This document shows positions 51,301-63,589 of a stretch of DNA of 64,000 bases, piece by piece. Under the pieces are notes generated by a model. It was given only the letters and a program-made list of their open reading frames with translations, ran no database searches and had not been told where the DNA came from. The DNA is from Stegostoma tigrinum. Its lineage: Eukaryota. Both the position numbers and the translations under genes were made by a program. The first letter of the stretch is position 1; each line of letters starts with the position of its first letter. The stretch is from assembly GCF_030684315.1 (NCBI RefSeq), contig NC_081362.1:15742589-15806588 (forward strand), written 5' to 3'.

Positions 51301-52783
51301 AACAAATTTTGTTTTAACTGTATCCTTAATCAAACAGCACTCTTGAAAAACCAGCAAAATGCTAAATCTTGAACACATGAGTCCTGATGAAGGGTAGGAC
51401 CCAAGATGTTGACTGCTCCTTGTCTTTAACCTTGTGTACCAAGATCTATTACGTTTTCTGAGCATGCTGTAACTGAGCTATAACAATGATACTTTGCAGC
51501 ATTATGTTTCAATTGCTGACTGTGTGTTTTTAACATTGGTTTTAGGAGCTTTGTTGATGTTTTTACATAGATTTTTTGAGGGATGCTGCTGTCTCAAAGC
51601 TTCACTTTGTCAGAGTTTACTGGGGTTAGGCATACCTCTTGATGATCCGAATGTTGATCAACCAGCGTACTCCTGGTTTCAATAGGTGCCAGTTAATAAA
51701 ATAGCTCACTGTAGCATCATTTGGCCGTCCAACCTCTCCAACCCTGCTATGACCATGTATGTTTCAATAAGATCGCCTTCCATCTTGCTTATATCTATTA
51801 CCTGTGAGTCAAACTTTTGCTTGTAATGGTTTGTAAATGTTACTTCTGGCCACCGGCACAGACCTGTAGGAGTAGGTTGGAAGGAAAATTGGTTGAGTTT
51901 ATGATAATTGGCCTCTTGTCCTTGGTCGGTGGTGGGAGCAGTGGGATCCTTGAGCAAATCCGAATGGATTACCCCAAACAAATCCTGGCTATTTAAACCA
52001 ATTAGGCTGCTTTCAAGTGTGACATTCAGAATTTTAATCTGACGCACAGATTTGAAATGTGTGACTGTTGTAAAGTACAAAGTGACGAACTCTACAAGCA
52101 AATCTTTAATTGTGTAGGTAGTTAGATGGGCAAACAGTATTGGAGTATATTCAATGTTACACTCATCCATTGAAATAGACTGAAAGCTGGACAGGGAATG
52201 CAACAACTGTGCGATCTTGCCCTCTCAGTGTTGCGCTCAGGCTGTTGTTTACAATATACCAGTAGCAGCGACAGAACCCCCTAACTAAGGCTCACAGAGT
52301 CAGTTCAGGTTCCTTCCAGCACCCAAAAGTCAGAAAACATGCCCACAGTGGGCACCGTGTTTGAAAAACAAGGCCACTCTCCACTTGGAAGATACTCTAG
52401 CGAATTCCCTTCCCACCCCTCAGCTCACCACGACAGCAATAAACGAGAATCGTCTCAGATAGACAGTTGCAAAGCTCAAAGAGTACATGGTGATCGGTTT
52501 AGAGTGGCCCTTGGTCTGCTTTCTGTCAAGAACACTCTGCATTTGGCATCGGGCTCAATGCTGGATCAGGAACCCGGAGTTACAAAGTCTCAAAAAAACC
52601 CCCATTGATAGCAGATAATCAGTGAGGGGGTGCAGGGTGGGGAAGGCCTCCAAACCGAGCCCTGCAGCTATAGACATTTGGTATCTGCTCCTTTTGAAGG
52701 TGGGGGGGTGTGTGGTCATATTTCAGGTGGAACAGCCCAGATACATCATGTCTATGAGGCCTTTGCACCTCCACAGTCAACCC

Positions 52784-54480
52784 CAGTTGGCTGTAAAGTA
52801 CATCAGGACCTGCTCAGGATGTTAAAGGTACTGTAAGAATGGAAGTTCCTTCTTTCAGAAAATAACTTTGCTCACTCACTGATCCATTAAGTCGACAGGG
52901 AGCAGAGATTGGAGACGGGGCTGTAATACTGTTGATTCTGTCGCACACACTCACTCCCAAAGGGTGCAGTAAACACATCCAGAGACAACAGTAAAGGTCA
53001 GTCTCCAAACCTTGAGTGTGATTCCAACCCCACAGTCAGATCCCATTGGCCTCACTCATTGTTCCCTGGAATGTTATTGAGCGTATGCATGCACCAGCTG
53101 CCGCCTTGGGGCAGGTGTCCAGGGGCAGTTAGGGGGCTGCCCCCAGCAGGATCGTGTGAGGGGGCTGGGAAAACTGAAAGAACTGCCCACCTCTCCCTTC
53201 ACCTTGAGTCTTAAGGAAATGGCTTTGATTCGGATTCTTTGCTGGAGGGAGCTCAACCTTGTTGTGAGCAGTGGCTCTCGAGAGCCGTCATTTAGCTAAT
53301 CCTGTGCCCTGGCACGATGGAATTTACCGGATGGCATGCTGATTATTGGGTTTACAAAATGGCTCAGTGACAGCGTGGATCTTCAAAGTCCATTAGAACT
53401 CAGAAATGGAACATCTACTTCCTACAAACTCTAGAAAGGAAAGGCCAGGTGAAGGTTTTCGAACCGACTGCTCCACACTCAGTTGATTTTTTTTCCTGCT
53501 GTTTTCTCTTATCCATGTGGCGTTACTGGCTAGGCTAGCATTTATTGTCAATCCCTAATTGCCCAGAGGGTAGTTAAGAGTCAACCACATTGCTGTATGA
53601 CTGAAGTCACATGGAGACCAGAAGATGATTTCCTTCCCCAAGTTCCATTAATTCGTAGCCATAATTAGATGCTTAGCCCCAGATGTTTCCTGTTCCTGGT
53701 TGACATAGTAGCTCAGCGGTTAGCACTGCTGTCTCACAGCACTGGGAACCTGGGTTTGATTCCAGCCCTTGGGCTGCTGTCTGTGTGGAGTTAGCACGTT
53801 CTCCCTATGTCCGTGTGGGTGTCCTCTGGGTGCTGTGGTTTCTTCTCAATTTCCAAAGATGTATAGGTAAGGGTTTGTCTATAGGACAATAGGTCGATAG
53901 GATTATCCATAGTTTCTGGGGATGTGCAAGCTGGGTGGGTTAGCTATGGGAAATTCATGGACAGGGGTCTGGGTCTGGGTGGGAGGGTCGGTGTGGACTT
54001 GATGGGCCAAATGACCTACTTCTGCACTGTAAGGATTCTATCTCTACAGTGCTTTTTTTCAGAAACTGGACCTACATTCCATATTTCTGCCATTGTCGTA
54101 TTTTGTTGCTGGGTCCCCCAGAGATCTCTGGATTACTAGGCCAGTGATAATACCACGAGGTCATTGCCTCCCTTACACACACTTTCCAACTATCGCAGTT
54201 GGCTATTAACTGTCGGAGGCCAATTTCTTGCTAAGGTTGGAATCACACTCAAGGTTTGGAGACTGACCTTTACTGATGTCTCTGGATGTGTTTACTGCAC
54301 CCTTTGGGAGTGAGCGTGTGTGACAGAATCAACAGTATTACAGCCCCGTCTCCAATCTCTGCTCCCTGTCGACTTAATGGATCAGTGAGTGAGCAAAGTT
54401 ATTTTCTGAAAGAAGGAACTTCCGTTCTTACAGTACCTCTAACATCCTGAGCAGGTCCTGATGTACTTTACAGCCAATTG
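52784..54480. repeat. Inverted duplication: arms 52784-53029 and 54235-54480 (246 bp each)
   Basis: Manual alignment shows 6 mismatches and no gaps; spacer ~1.2 kb. Confidence 0.95.
53697..54041 (+). mobile_element. HE1-type SINE
   Basis: A/B boxes, V-domain, tail. Confidence 0.8.
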
Positions 54481-54810
54481 TGAAGACTGTTGTCGTGTAA
54501 GAGAATGTGACAACCGTGTTGTGCACAGCAAGCTCCCACAGACAGTAATGATGACCGTAATATCTGTCCTGAGTGACGTCAGTTGAGGGGATAAATATTG
54601 GCCAAGTTACTGGGACAGCATCCCAGCTCTTCCCTGAGATGGTGCCATCTGATCTTTTACCTTAGCAGACAGAGGCTTCAGACAAACACCTCATCTGAAA
54701 GGCAGCAGCTGTGGCAGTGCAGCACCCCCCCAGTCTGGGGGGGCCAATGTCAGACTGCTTCACCTCTCTGGAGCAGGGCTTTCAAAACATGTCCCACTTG
54801 ACTTGAGAGG
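54410..54810 (-). mobile_element. Deu-domain-type ancient SINE (other relics ~19365-19495, 34850-34980, 35360-35700, 35780-35945)
   Basis: ctttacagccaat..gcacagcaagctcccaca.acag.aatg..ggggataaatattggcca pattern, typical of SacSINE/AmnSINE-like elements. Confidence 0.6.
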
Positions 54811-56150
54811 TTGCTGCGCTGACTGGGAGTGGTTCTGTGCAAGTTCTCCGCTGCTGAGAACGGACCTGGTGGTGACGCCTGAGCTGAACTCAACTGTTCA
54901 GAGGTTGTCAATGGGCATGCATCGCACATGGGTGGCTAATGGGCTGCTATCTGTGCCAGTCTCCTAATGCGAGGCATCAGGATACCCTCCCCTGAAGGGA
55001 AGATGTGTGCACGTAATGGCTGATACGGGCTCTTGAAGGGCAGGGTGTTGCTACATAAAGGCAGAATGGTGTTGTTGAACCTGCATTTCCTCTCAAGCAC
55101 TCATTTCGGTTGGGATTGCAGCTGCACAGAGTGGGTGACGTTCTGTTTTGGGGTGTAATTCTGTCAGGAAGGCTGGCTTGCCATGTAAACACACTGCCAA
55201 CAGCATCCTTCTTTTACCAGTTGTGAAAGATTAGAGGTCCTGGCAGTGAGCTGCCTCTCACTCCAAGACTGCACCCTTCCAAAATTGAAAAAGGCACAGT
55301 TCAGACAAAGGGAATGGCAAGCCGGTAGTGAGACTGGTAATGGCCAGCTGGTTTCTGCAGGAAAGTCTCAGGGGCTGTTAGTGTGCAGACTGAGTATGAG
55401 TCAGGCTCCCTGCCCTTTTGACACTGCTCATAATTCTGACCTTCCATGGAGGAAGCTAAAGCATAATGTAGGACTCTCAAGTGTCTCCTATTAACAAACT
55501 ACCAAGAAACCCACATCTATCTGCCCAATACTGGGCACTGTTCTTTACCCACAGGGGCTAATACTATGGCTACAGCTGAATACTTCAGATTAGAGGGGTG
55601 GAAGGCTGGCCATTAACAGTTTAATTTTACGGTTTACCTTGGAGTTAGGTGAGAAGCGTGCCAAACTCCAGTAGGTTTCTGTGAGCAGGAAAGAACTTGC
55701 TTTTATATGGCCCCTTTCAAATCCTCAGGAGTCCTCTCACTCTTTACCGCTGATTAAATACTTCTGCATTAAGTATTCTCCAAAGGAAAGGGGAGGCCAA
55801 TCTCATAGAAACCTATAAAATTAGCCGCTGCATTTCCTGACAACAGTGACCAAATTTATTTTTAATAAAGTATCTGATTGGCTAAAGTACTTTGAGGAGT
55901 CTAGCACTTGTGGAAATTACTATATAAATGGCAAGCCGTTTTTCACACCAAGCAATTCACTTAGTGTGGTGTGGCCACTGTGAGAGCTGCCAGGGTCCCT
56001 TTAAGTGGAGATTCCTGACCATTCTCCCAGAACTGGACTGCTAATTACTTTGCTCTGGGAGTCAGCAACTGGAAAGTCAGTTAGTCAGGAGTTTGGATTA
56101 ACCCCCTGTCATTCCAGAAGTTAAGGCCATAAGATCCCATCCACCTTATT

Positions 56151-56322
56151 TCATAGAATCCCTACAGTGTGGAAGCAGGCCATTCGGCCCATTGAGTCCA
56201 CACCGACCCTCTGAAAAGCATCCCACCCAGACCCACCCCGCTAACCTAACCCTGTGAGCCTGCATTTCCCACGGCTAATCCATGGGCAATTTAGCATTCA
56301 CCCTAACCTGCACATCTTTGGG
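56151..56322 (-). mobile_element. HE1-type SINE 3' half
   Basis: catagaatccctacagtgtggaagcaggccattcggccc tail. Confidence 0.75.
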
Positions 56323-57379
56323 GTGAGGTTGTTTAAGGACCCTGCATTTCTTTGCTCTCCATAATAATTTCTCTTGCACTGATATCTAAGGAAGTCAGAT
56401 TTACTTTTGCTAATCTTCTTTTAACATAATTGCTTGAGCTTTTATAATCTGTTTTTGTACTTCTCACCAGTTAACTGTCATATTTGATTTAGTCCCTCTT
56501 TATCAATCTTTGTCATATTTGGAGGGTATTTCAAACTCTCCCAGGTTTCGGGCTTGGTAACATTATAAACTTTTACTATTAATCAAACTCAGTCATGGTG
56601 AATCCCTCTTCCGATTCACAATCTCTTTCTTAGTGGGGTGTAGATTAATTGGGAATCCTAACATTTTTTAAAAAAAATTCACAATTAGTCACCTACTATT
56701 GCCACTTTTAATCTAACTTCTTAATCTATTTTAGGCAACATAACTCTGAAAACCATGTAATTGGCTGTACCAAAGTTGAAGAGTCTGTTTTTAGGTGTTT
56801 CTACGATACTCCTAAACTCAATGAGAAATTCTAATATGTTATGATTGTTCTTTCTAAGCAGATTTCTTGTTAAGACAATACACATGAAGACTGCCTGACA
56901 ACACATGTCTCCTGCTTGTGGGCTGCTTCTATGATGTATTGTTCCAGGAAAATGTCCGGCGGAAATCTCATGAATATGTCCTCCAGACTACCTCTGCCAA
57001 TTAGATTTGACCGATCCACAGGAAGATTAAATTCTCACATGATTACTGCATTGCCTTTGTTAAAAGCTGCTTTCAATTCTTATTTAATAGCCTGTCCAAC
57101 TGTACACTTATTGTCAGTGAGCTGAAACACTTTTTTCCCACCGACATTTCCTGACCTTTGTTGTTCATTATATTCCCTGTGCACTAATCCTTCTGAACTA
57201 AGGCCATTTACAGAAGCAAATGTTGATCAAAAAGCATAATGGCAGATTGTGACATTGCAGGATTTTAAGTGATTTTTAGATGTGGGAGATGCTAATGAAC
57301 TGCCACCAAACCTTACACATGTGTCTTAAAACCGCAGAGTGGAGATGTGACCCGCATGGAGACAGTCAGTAGAGTTTTG

Positions 57380-57810
57380 AGCCCCAGGGATAGGTTGGGA
57401 CTATTTTGCCTGGAGTGTTGGAGGCAGAGGGGGTCACCTTATCGAGGTTTGTAAAATCAGGAGCGGCACAGATAGGGTGAGTAGCCACGGTCTTTTCCCC
57501 AGGGTGGGGAAGTCCAAAACTAGAGGGTATAGGTTTAAGTTGAGACAGAAAAATATAGAAGGGACCTCGGGGCCACTTTTTCAAGCAGAGAGTAGTGTGT
57601 GTTTGGAATGAGCTGCCAGAGGAAGTGGTGGAGGCTGGTACAATTACAACATTTAAAAGGCATCTGGATGGGTACATGAATAGGCAGGGTTGAGAGGGAT
57701 AAGGGCCAAATGCTGGCAAATGGGACTAGATTAATGTAGGATATCTGGTCGGTGTGGACATATTGGATTGAACGGTCTGTTTCTGTGCTGTACAGCTCTA
57801 TGACTCTATA
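57380..57810 (+). mobile_element. CR1 3' fragment
   Basis: Typical CR1 C-terminal and 3' UTR sequence ending ctctatgactctat. Confidence 0.8.
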
Positions 57811-58652
57811 ACAGCAGCATGACCCACCGTGGAAAATGCTCTGGCTCCTTAGTCCCGCCGTACTTGGGCTCATCACAAGAGGAAATGATTTAGTTACTCT
57901 GGTCCTCCAATTTACCTTTCTAATGGACTCAGGTTAACAGAAAACACAGAACAGGTTCCGGTACCTAATAAGAATTATTGCAAATAAATAGTAACAACAG
58001 TCAGAACAAAACTATGAACTACCAACATCTCACTCCAATGGTTGAAACTCTAACTCCCTTTTAAAACTCCTATACACACATACAAACGGATACAACTCAT
58101 CAAAAGAGTTTGTCTTATTGTCGGAGGGAAACACTGGGGAAACACAGTTCAATGGTGCCAGTCCATAGAAATTGATGAGATGTTCCTTTAGGCCCTCAGA
58201 CCTTCTGTTCTCCTTTTTGGATTCTTTCACTTGTTTGCAGAAGGAGCAGGGTGAATGCTACAGTAATTGTACAGTCTTTGAGTTCCTAGTTAAAGGCAAC
58301 AGCTTATAGCAACTGTTGAAAGAAGATAATTGGCTTTCTTTGGGTTTTAGTTATTTTCACTGCAGAGAGATAGAAACACAGAGCCCGGTATTTCACTGTC
58401 TGGAGCTTCTCACACTATATCGTAAACTCCCAAGCTGTTTCGCTGTCCAGGAGTCAGTCAGAGAGCAGTTGTCAAGCTGATCACATCTGTCATTCACAAC
58501 AGGTCACAGTTACGCAAACCGATCGGCACATATGCTGGTGCCACGGCGTCTTGTCTCTCCTGCCCCCACTGTTTGCAAAGCAGCAATGTAAACACAGCTC
58601 ACAATGAGTTCCAGCATCTTGTGCAGCAACTCCTTCCACACCTTGCTTTAAA

Positions 58653-59513
58653 ACTGTCATTCTTTCTTTTTAATCCTCATTTCTCAAACAAAAAGGTGTG
58701 ATTCTCACGACTGGAGATGTTTTCAGACAGAATTTTTATAATAGGAAGATAGCAACGGCAGTGGCCATTCAGCTCCTCAAGCCTATTTTACCATTCAGTG
58801 AGATCGTGTCTGATCTTTGGCCTAACTCCATTTACCTGTCTTTGGTCCATGCCCCTTAATTCCTTTGCTTATCAAAGATTTATCTTTCATACTTAAAATT
58901 AACAACAAATCCAGCAACCATTGCCAATTGTGGGAGAGAGTTATAAACCTCTACTACGTTTTGCATATAAAATCTTTCCTCCTGAATGGGCTGACAATAA
59001 TTCTGAGATCGTGCCCCATTGTTCTAGAATCCCCAACCGTTATCTTTATCTAGCCTGCTTTTTCCTATTAATAGCTTGAAGACTGTCATTCTTTCATTTT
59101 AATCCCCATTTCTCAAACAAAAAGGTGTGATTCTCACGACTGGAGATGTTTTCAGACAGAATTTTTATAATAGGAAGATAGCAACGGCAGTGGCCATTCA
59201 GCTCCTCAAGCCTATTTTACCATTCAGTGAGATCGTGTCTGATCTTTGGCCTAACTCCATTTACCTGTCTTTGGTCCATGCCCCTTAATTCCTTTGCTTA
59301 TCAAAGATTTATCTTTCATACTTAAAATTAACAACAAATCCAGCAACCATTGCCAATTGTGGGAGAGAGTTCTAAACCTCTACTACGTTTTGCATATAAA
59401 ATCTTTCCTCCTGAATGGGCTGACAGTAATTCTGAGATTGTGCCCCATTGTTCTAGAATCCCCAACCGTTATCTTTATCTAGCCTGCTTTTTCCTATTAA
59501 TAGCTTGAAGACT
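58653..59513. repeat. Tandem direct duplication, 429-bp unit x2
   Basis: Units start at 58653 and 59082; near-identical ORFs at 58865 and 59294 are offset by 429. Confidence 0.95.
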
Positions 59514-59960
59514 TCGATCTGATTATTGTTTAACCTTCCAAGTTCTCGGGAAAACAGGCCTACTTAGTATAATCTATCCTGGTAACTTAACCCCTGAAGC
59601 CCAGGTATCATTCTTGTAAATCTACGTTGTACTCCCTCCAAGGCCGGTTTATCCCTCCCAAGGTGTGGTGCCCAGATCTGCTGACAGAATTCCAAGTGGG
59701 ATCTAACCAGGGTTTTGTATCACTGGGACATAACTTCTGTATCTTTATGCTCGAGTCCTTGAGACATAAAGGTCAGCATTTCATTAGCTTTCTTGATTAT
59801 TATCTGTACCGGTATGTTGTATTTTAAAGATTTTTGACCTGAACCCCCATGCCGCCTTTTTAAGCTCATACCATTTAAGTATTTAAGTTCATACCATCTC
59901 ATAAATACCCTGATTTGTCCATTATTGGTCCAATATAGATGACCTCACACTTGCTTGTAT
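58740..59960 (-). mobile_element. Old CR1 3' fragment, partly inside the tandem duplication
   Basis: IKKANEMLTFMSQGLEHKDTEVM remnant (59720-59902); ggccattcagctcctcaag tail present twice. Confidence 0.7.
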
Positions 59961-60567
59961 TGATCTGCTGCTATCTGTTATTTTATAATGCGATAAGCCT
60001 TGCACACGCCACATGATGAATCACAGATCTCATTATCTTTCTGGTGATAAACCCCATCCAGTCAAACTTCTTTACAATCACATTTTGCTTTGTCTCCACT
60101 TGTTCCAATCATGACTGGACGGAACCATAGGCCAAATGTAAATCACGGGGAAATTGTGGGAACCTTTTGAGTATTAGGTTGCTCAAGTGGATTCCAAGAG
60201 ATTTGGCCACATGACTGACCGTGCCCACCCTGCCACTGGTGGTTATCCAACATGCCCATCTTCATGGTGCCCCACCTTCCCACATCATCCATGCCGCGCA
60301 CAATCTCTTTGTTACCTGATTGGATGATATTTGATGGTCGGTGAACAGCTTTTTGTCTTGCTCCGATATTCTCATAAGCAAAGAAGCGAAGAAAACATAA
60401 GTAAACAATACATTAAAATGAACAGATTGGGCCAGATTTCCAGGTCTGAATGGGAGCGTGAGTGGGCAAGCACATTGGACTTGTGAATTCATAGTGCCCA
60501 TTGCCCAAAGCTGGCACACCCTCTCTCTCTTTGCCTGCAGTGCTGGGCTATGAGACTCCAGCTGTTA

Positions 60568-60569
<2 letters not shown>

Positions 60570-60648
<79 letters not shown>
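60570..60648. repeat. (AC)n microsatellite
   Basis: Pure AC run of ~39 units. Confidence 0.95.
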
Positions 60649-60651
<3 letters not shown>

Positions 60652-62599
60652 CACCAGTTTCAGACACTGGTCTTTCATCCTTAATTGGAGAGGAACCTGA
60701 CTCCATCATCACCCCTGGAAGCCCCTGCAACTGCCCCCCACCAGCAATTGTGTGGAAATCATGGGTGACCATACCCCACGCAGTGAGGGAATTTGTTCTG
60801 ATAAGATCCCCTGCAACAACCCTCCCCCCACCCCCACTATGAAGCTCTCATGGAAGGTGAATCTCCTCAAAATTGTTAATATTTGTTCCAATAATTTTTT
60901 TTCTGACTTGGGTTGTAGCCAAACAGTGGAAGGTCCTGGTTTCACTTGTTGGTCAATTTGACCCTAGTGAGGGTTTGGTGAGGTTCAGCCATGCTGTTAT
61001 GTTCAGTGACCCTCAGCAGATTTGCATTGCACCTCCCTGCCCGTTACAGTGGACCAGTCGATGGAGGATGAGGTTGCGGTCAGTCCTGGAGCTGTTTGGC
61101 TTGGTTCCACATCCATTGCACTAAGACAACAATCCCTGTGGCTTAGTTAATTGCAGTACAGCTTGCAGAAGTAAAGCTAGCCCAAGAAAATATTAAACAG
61201 GATGCCGCATGAAAGGGCATGTCCAGACTGGTTTACTTATCAAGATCTGCACCAGTGACAGTTACCATAATTACAATTGGTACAAGACTCAAATAACTGT
61301 CTGTGGCTTTAGGATAAAGCAAATGCAAACACATTCTTCCTTTCTGTGTTGACAGTTTTCATTCTTTGCTGCACAGGAATGCAGATGGGACCATGTGCTT
61401 GGAACATCTGTGTTCTGTGCCAAGCCGAGCAACAGTAGGAGGAAGGTCTGTGTGGGCTGTAGAGTCAGAGAGTCACACAGCATGGAAATAGGTTGTTAGG
61501 GTAGGGGTGGAGGTGGAGCCCATTTCCTGAAGCTGGCATTGTTGGAAGCTGAGGACTGAATTTTCACTTAAATGTACGAATCTGGAATCTGGCCTGGTTC
61601 CATATCCCAAACCCATACCTGGTAGATGGTGGAGGAAGGTAAAACAGTCTCCCTCAGAAGTTTTGACCAGGCTGCCCCCTCTTAATTGACACAGCAACAG
61701 GTTTTCCGTCTAGTAATGGGTGCCTTTTGGGCTCTTGAAGGTGGGTGGCTAATCAGTGGCCTCCCAATTTGAGGACAGCAAGGCCTTGCAGTGAAGGGTA
61801 AATAACTGAGAGAGAGCTTCAAGATGGAGGCACCTCCTTACCAATATCTTTCAAATTTTCAATAAAATGTCGCAAAAAGAAAAGTATAAGGCCAACAAAG
61901 TGGAGTGGTTGGGGATTCCCTCCACACAGGCACACTCAGCAGGCAGGGAGTTTACACAGGTCTGGCGAGGAGTCCCAATCCCAGCCCACCCGAGTCTGCC
62001 CTCCTACAGGTGATTAAACTCTTCCCCCACCACATCAGGAGGCTGACCGGAAACTTTATTTGCGCATCATGAGCCAAGAAGGCTGTCATGGTAATGAGGC
62101 TCCCAGCTAGGCCCCAAGCCTGCCTCCCCTAAAATGGCTGCCAATGGGCCATTGTCACGTTGAGTGGCTGGGACACTGGCATTTTCACGCTCCATTTGCC
62201 TCTGTTCTTGACTTGGGCAGGGTCCACATGTCTGAAGCGTGGATTTACTTTGTTTTCTTTTTGTTGCTCATTAAGGTGATTGCAGGGGAGCTGGAGCCCT
62301 TTATAGCTCAGGTGCCCAGTGTCAACACTGAGCACTCCCCTATCACCAATGTCGCACTAGTGCTATCCATGACACACATGTCTCAAGGAACCCCACTCAT
62401 TCTCCTACTGTCTGTTGTGGTTAAAGCTGAGGAGCCTCCCATTATCCCTCCAACTTTTGAGAAGCTTGGGCTCAAGTCCCACCTGCTCCAGAGATGTGTA
62501 ACAACATCACTGAACAGGTTCATTAGAAAAACAGGTTAATAGAAAACAAAACGTTTGCCAGGGAGTAAGAGCAGGAGAAATTCCTGGGGACCTATGGAG

Positions 62600-62945
62600 A
62601 GGTGATGGCCTAGTGGTATTATTGCTAGACTATTAATCCAGAAACTCAGGTAACATTTTGGCATTGGGGTTTGATCCCTACCACGGGAATTATCTGGAAT
62701 TAAGAATCTGATGACCATGAAACCATTGTTGATTGTCCATAGAAACTCAGCTAGCTCACACTAATGCCCTTCAGGGAAGGAAATCTGCCATTGTCATCTG
62801 GTCTGGCCTACATGTGATTCCAAACCCACAGTAATGTGGTTGACTCTCAACTGCTGTCTGGAATGGCCTCACAGGCCACTCAGTGTAAGGCGCCTAGGGA
62901 TGGGCAATAAATGCTGGCCAACCAGCAACGCCCACATCCCATGAT
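62600..62945 (+). mobile_element. Second tRNA-derived SINE family (other copies ~870-1110, 43800-44145, 53515-53680, all minus strand)
   Basis: A box TGGCCTAGTGG, B-box-like GTTTGATCCC, 3' tail gggatgggcaataaatgctggcc..cccacatcccatga shared with the old LINE. Confidence 0.7.
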
Positions 62946-63170
62946 AGGAGCTCATCCTATCATTATCCATAGCTCCGCACTGTAACATCCACACAAAAAG
63001 TTCCCATTATTACATCAACACATTTACCTTGTGGAAGCATCACCATTACTCCCATTGTGAAAATTTAATTAGCTAGAGGACTAAAAGTCATCACCACGAG
63101 CAACCAATAGCAGTTTGCGCTGGGGAACAGGATAAGGGGGATGGTTAAAAGTAATTGGTGTGTATCTGTT

Positions 63171-63263
63171 AAAAGAGATAACAAGATGTAGAGCTGGATG
63201 AACACAACAGGCCAAGCAGCATCAGAGGAGGAGGAAAGCTGAGGTTTCGGGCCTAGACCCTTA
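63171..63263 (-). mobile_element. Short Penelope pLTR copy
   Basis: Same family sequence; 8-bp TSD TATCTGTT (63163-63170, 63264-63271). Confidence 0.7.
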
Positions 63264-63589
63264 TATCTGTTGTTGCTTCCCTAATGAAACTTTGACTACA
63301 TAGACAGTTTCCTCTATTGTTGTAAGGAAGGTGTATGTCTATCTTCAGTTGTCATTCTGTGGGCTAGGGTATGTAACTGCTGATAATTTAAGACCTATCT
63401 TCCAAACCTCCTTTAAAATTTTTCCAACCTTCCGTTCATACTCTCCCAACCCTGCTTTAACTCTTCTTCCTCATCATCGAGGGAGAGAAATCCTGAATTG
63501 GAATCCCTGTTTGCAAATTTATATTCATAACAATTATCATGTGGTAACCAAAACTGTTGGGTGGAAAACCCTGCCAATAGATCCTGGTA

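Noticed and set aside
51546-51685. Possible exon 2 for the 40383 candidate exon (tttag acceptor, phase compatible)
   Set aside because: Runs into a stop after ~46 codons with no recognisable protein features.
62228-62539. Signal-peptide-like ORF MSEAWIYFVFFLLLIKVIAG...
   Set aside because: Hydrophobicity comes from a T-rich tract, the region lies among repeat relics, splice signals are weak and there is no recognisable homology; cannot be supported.
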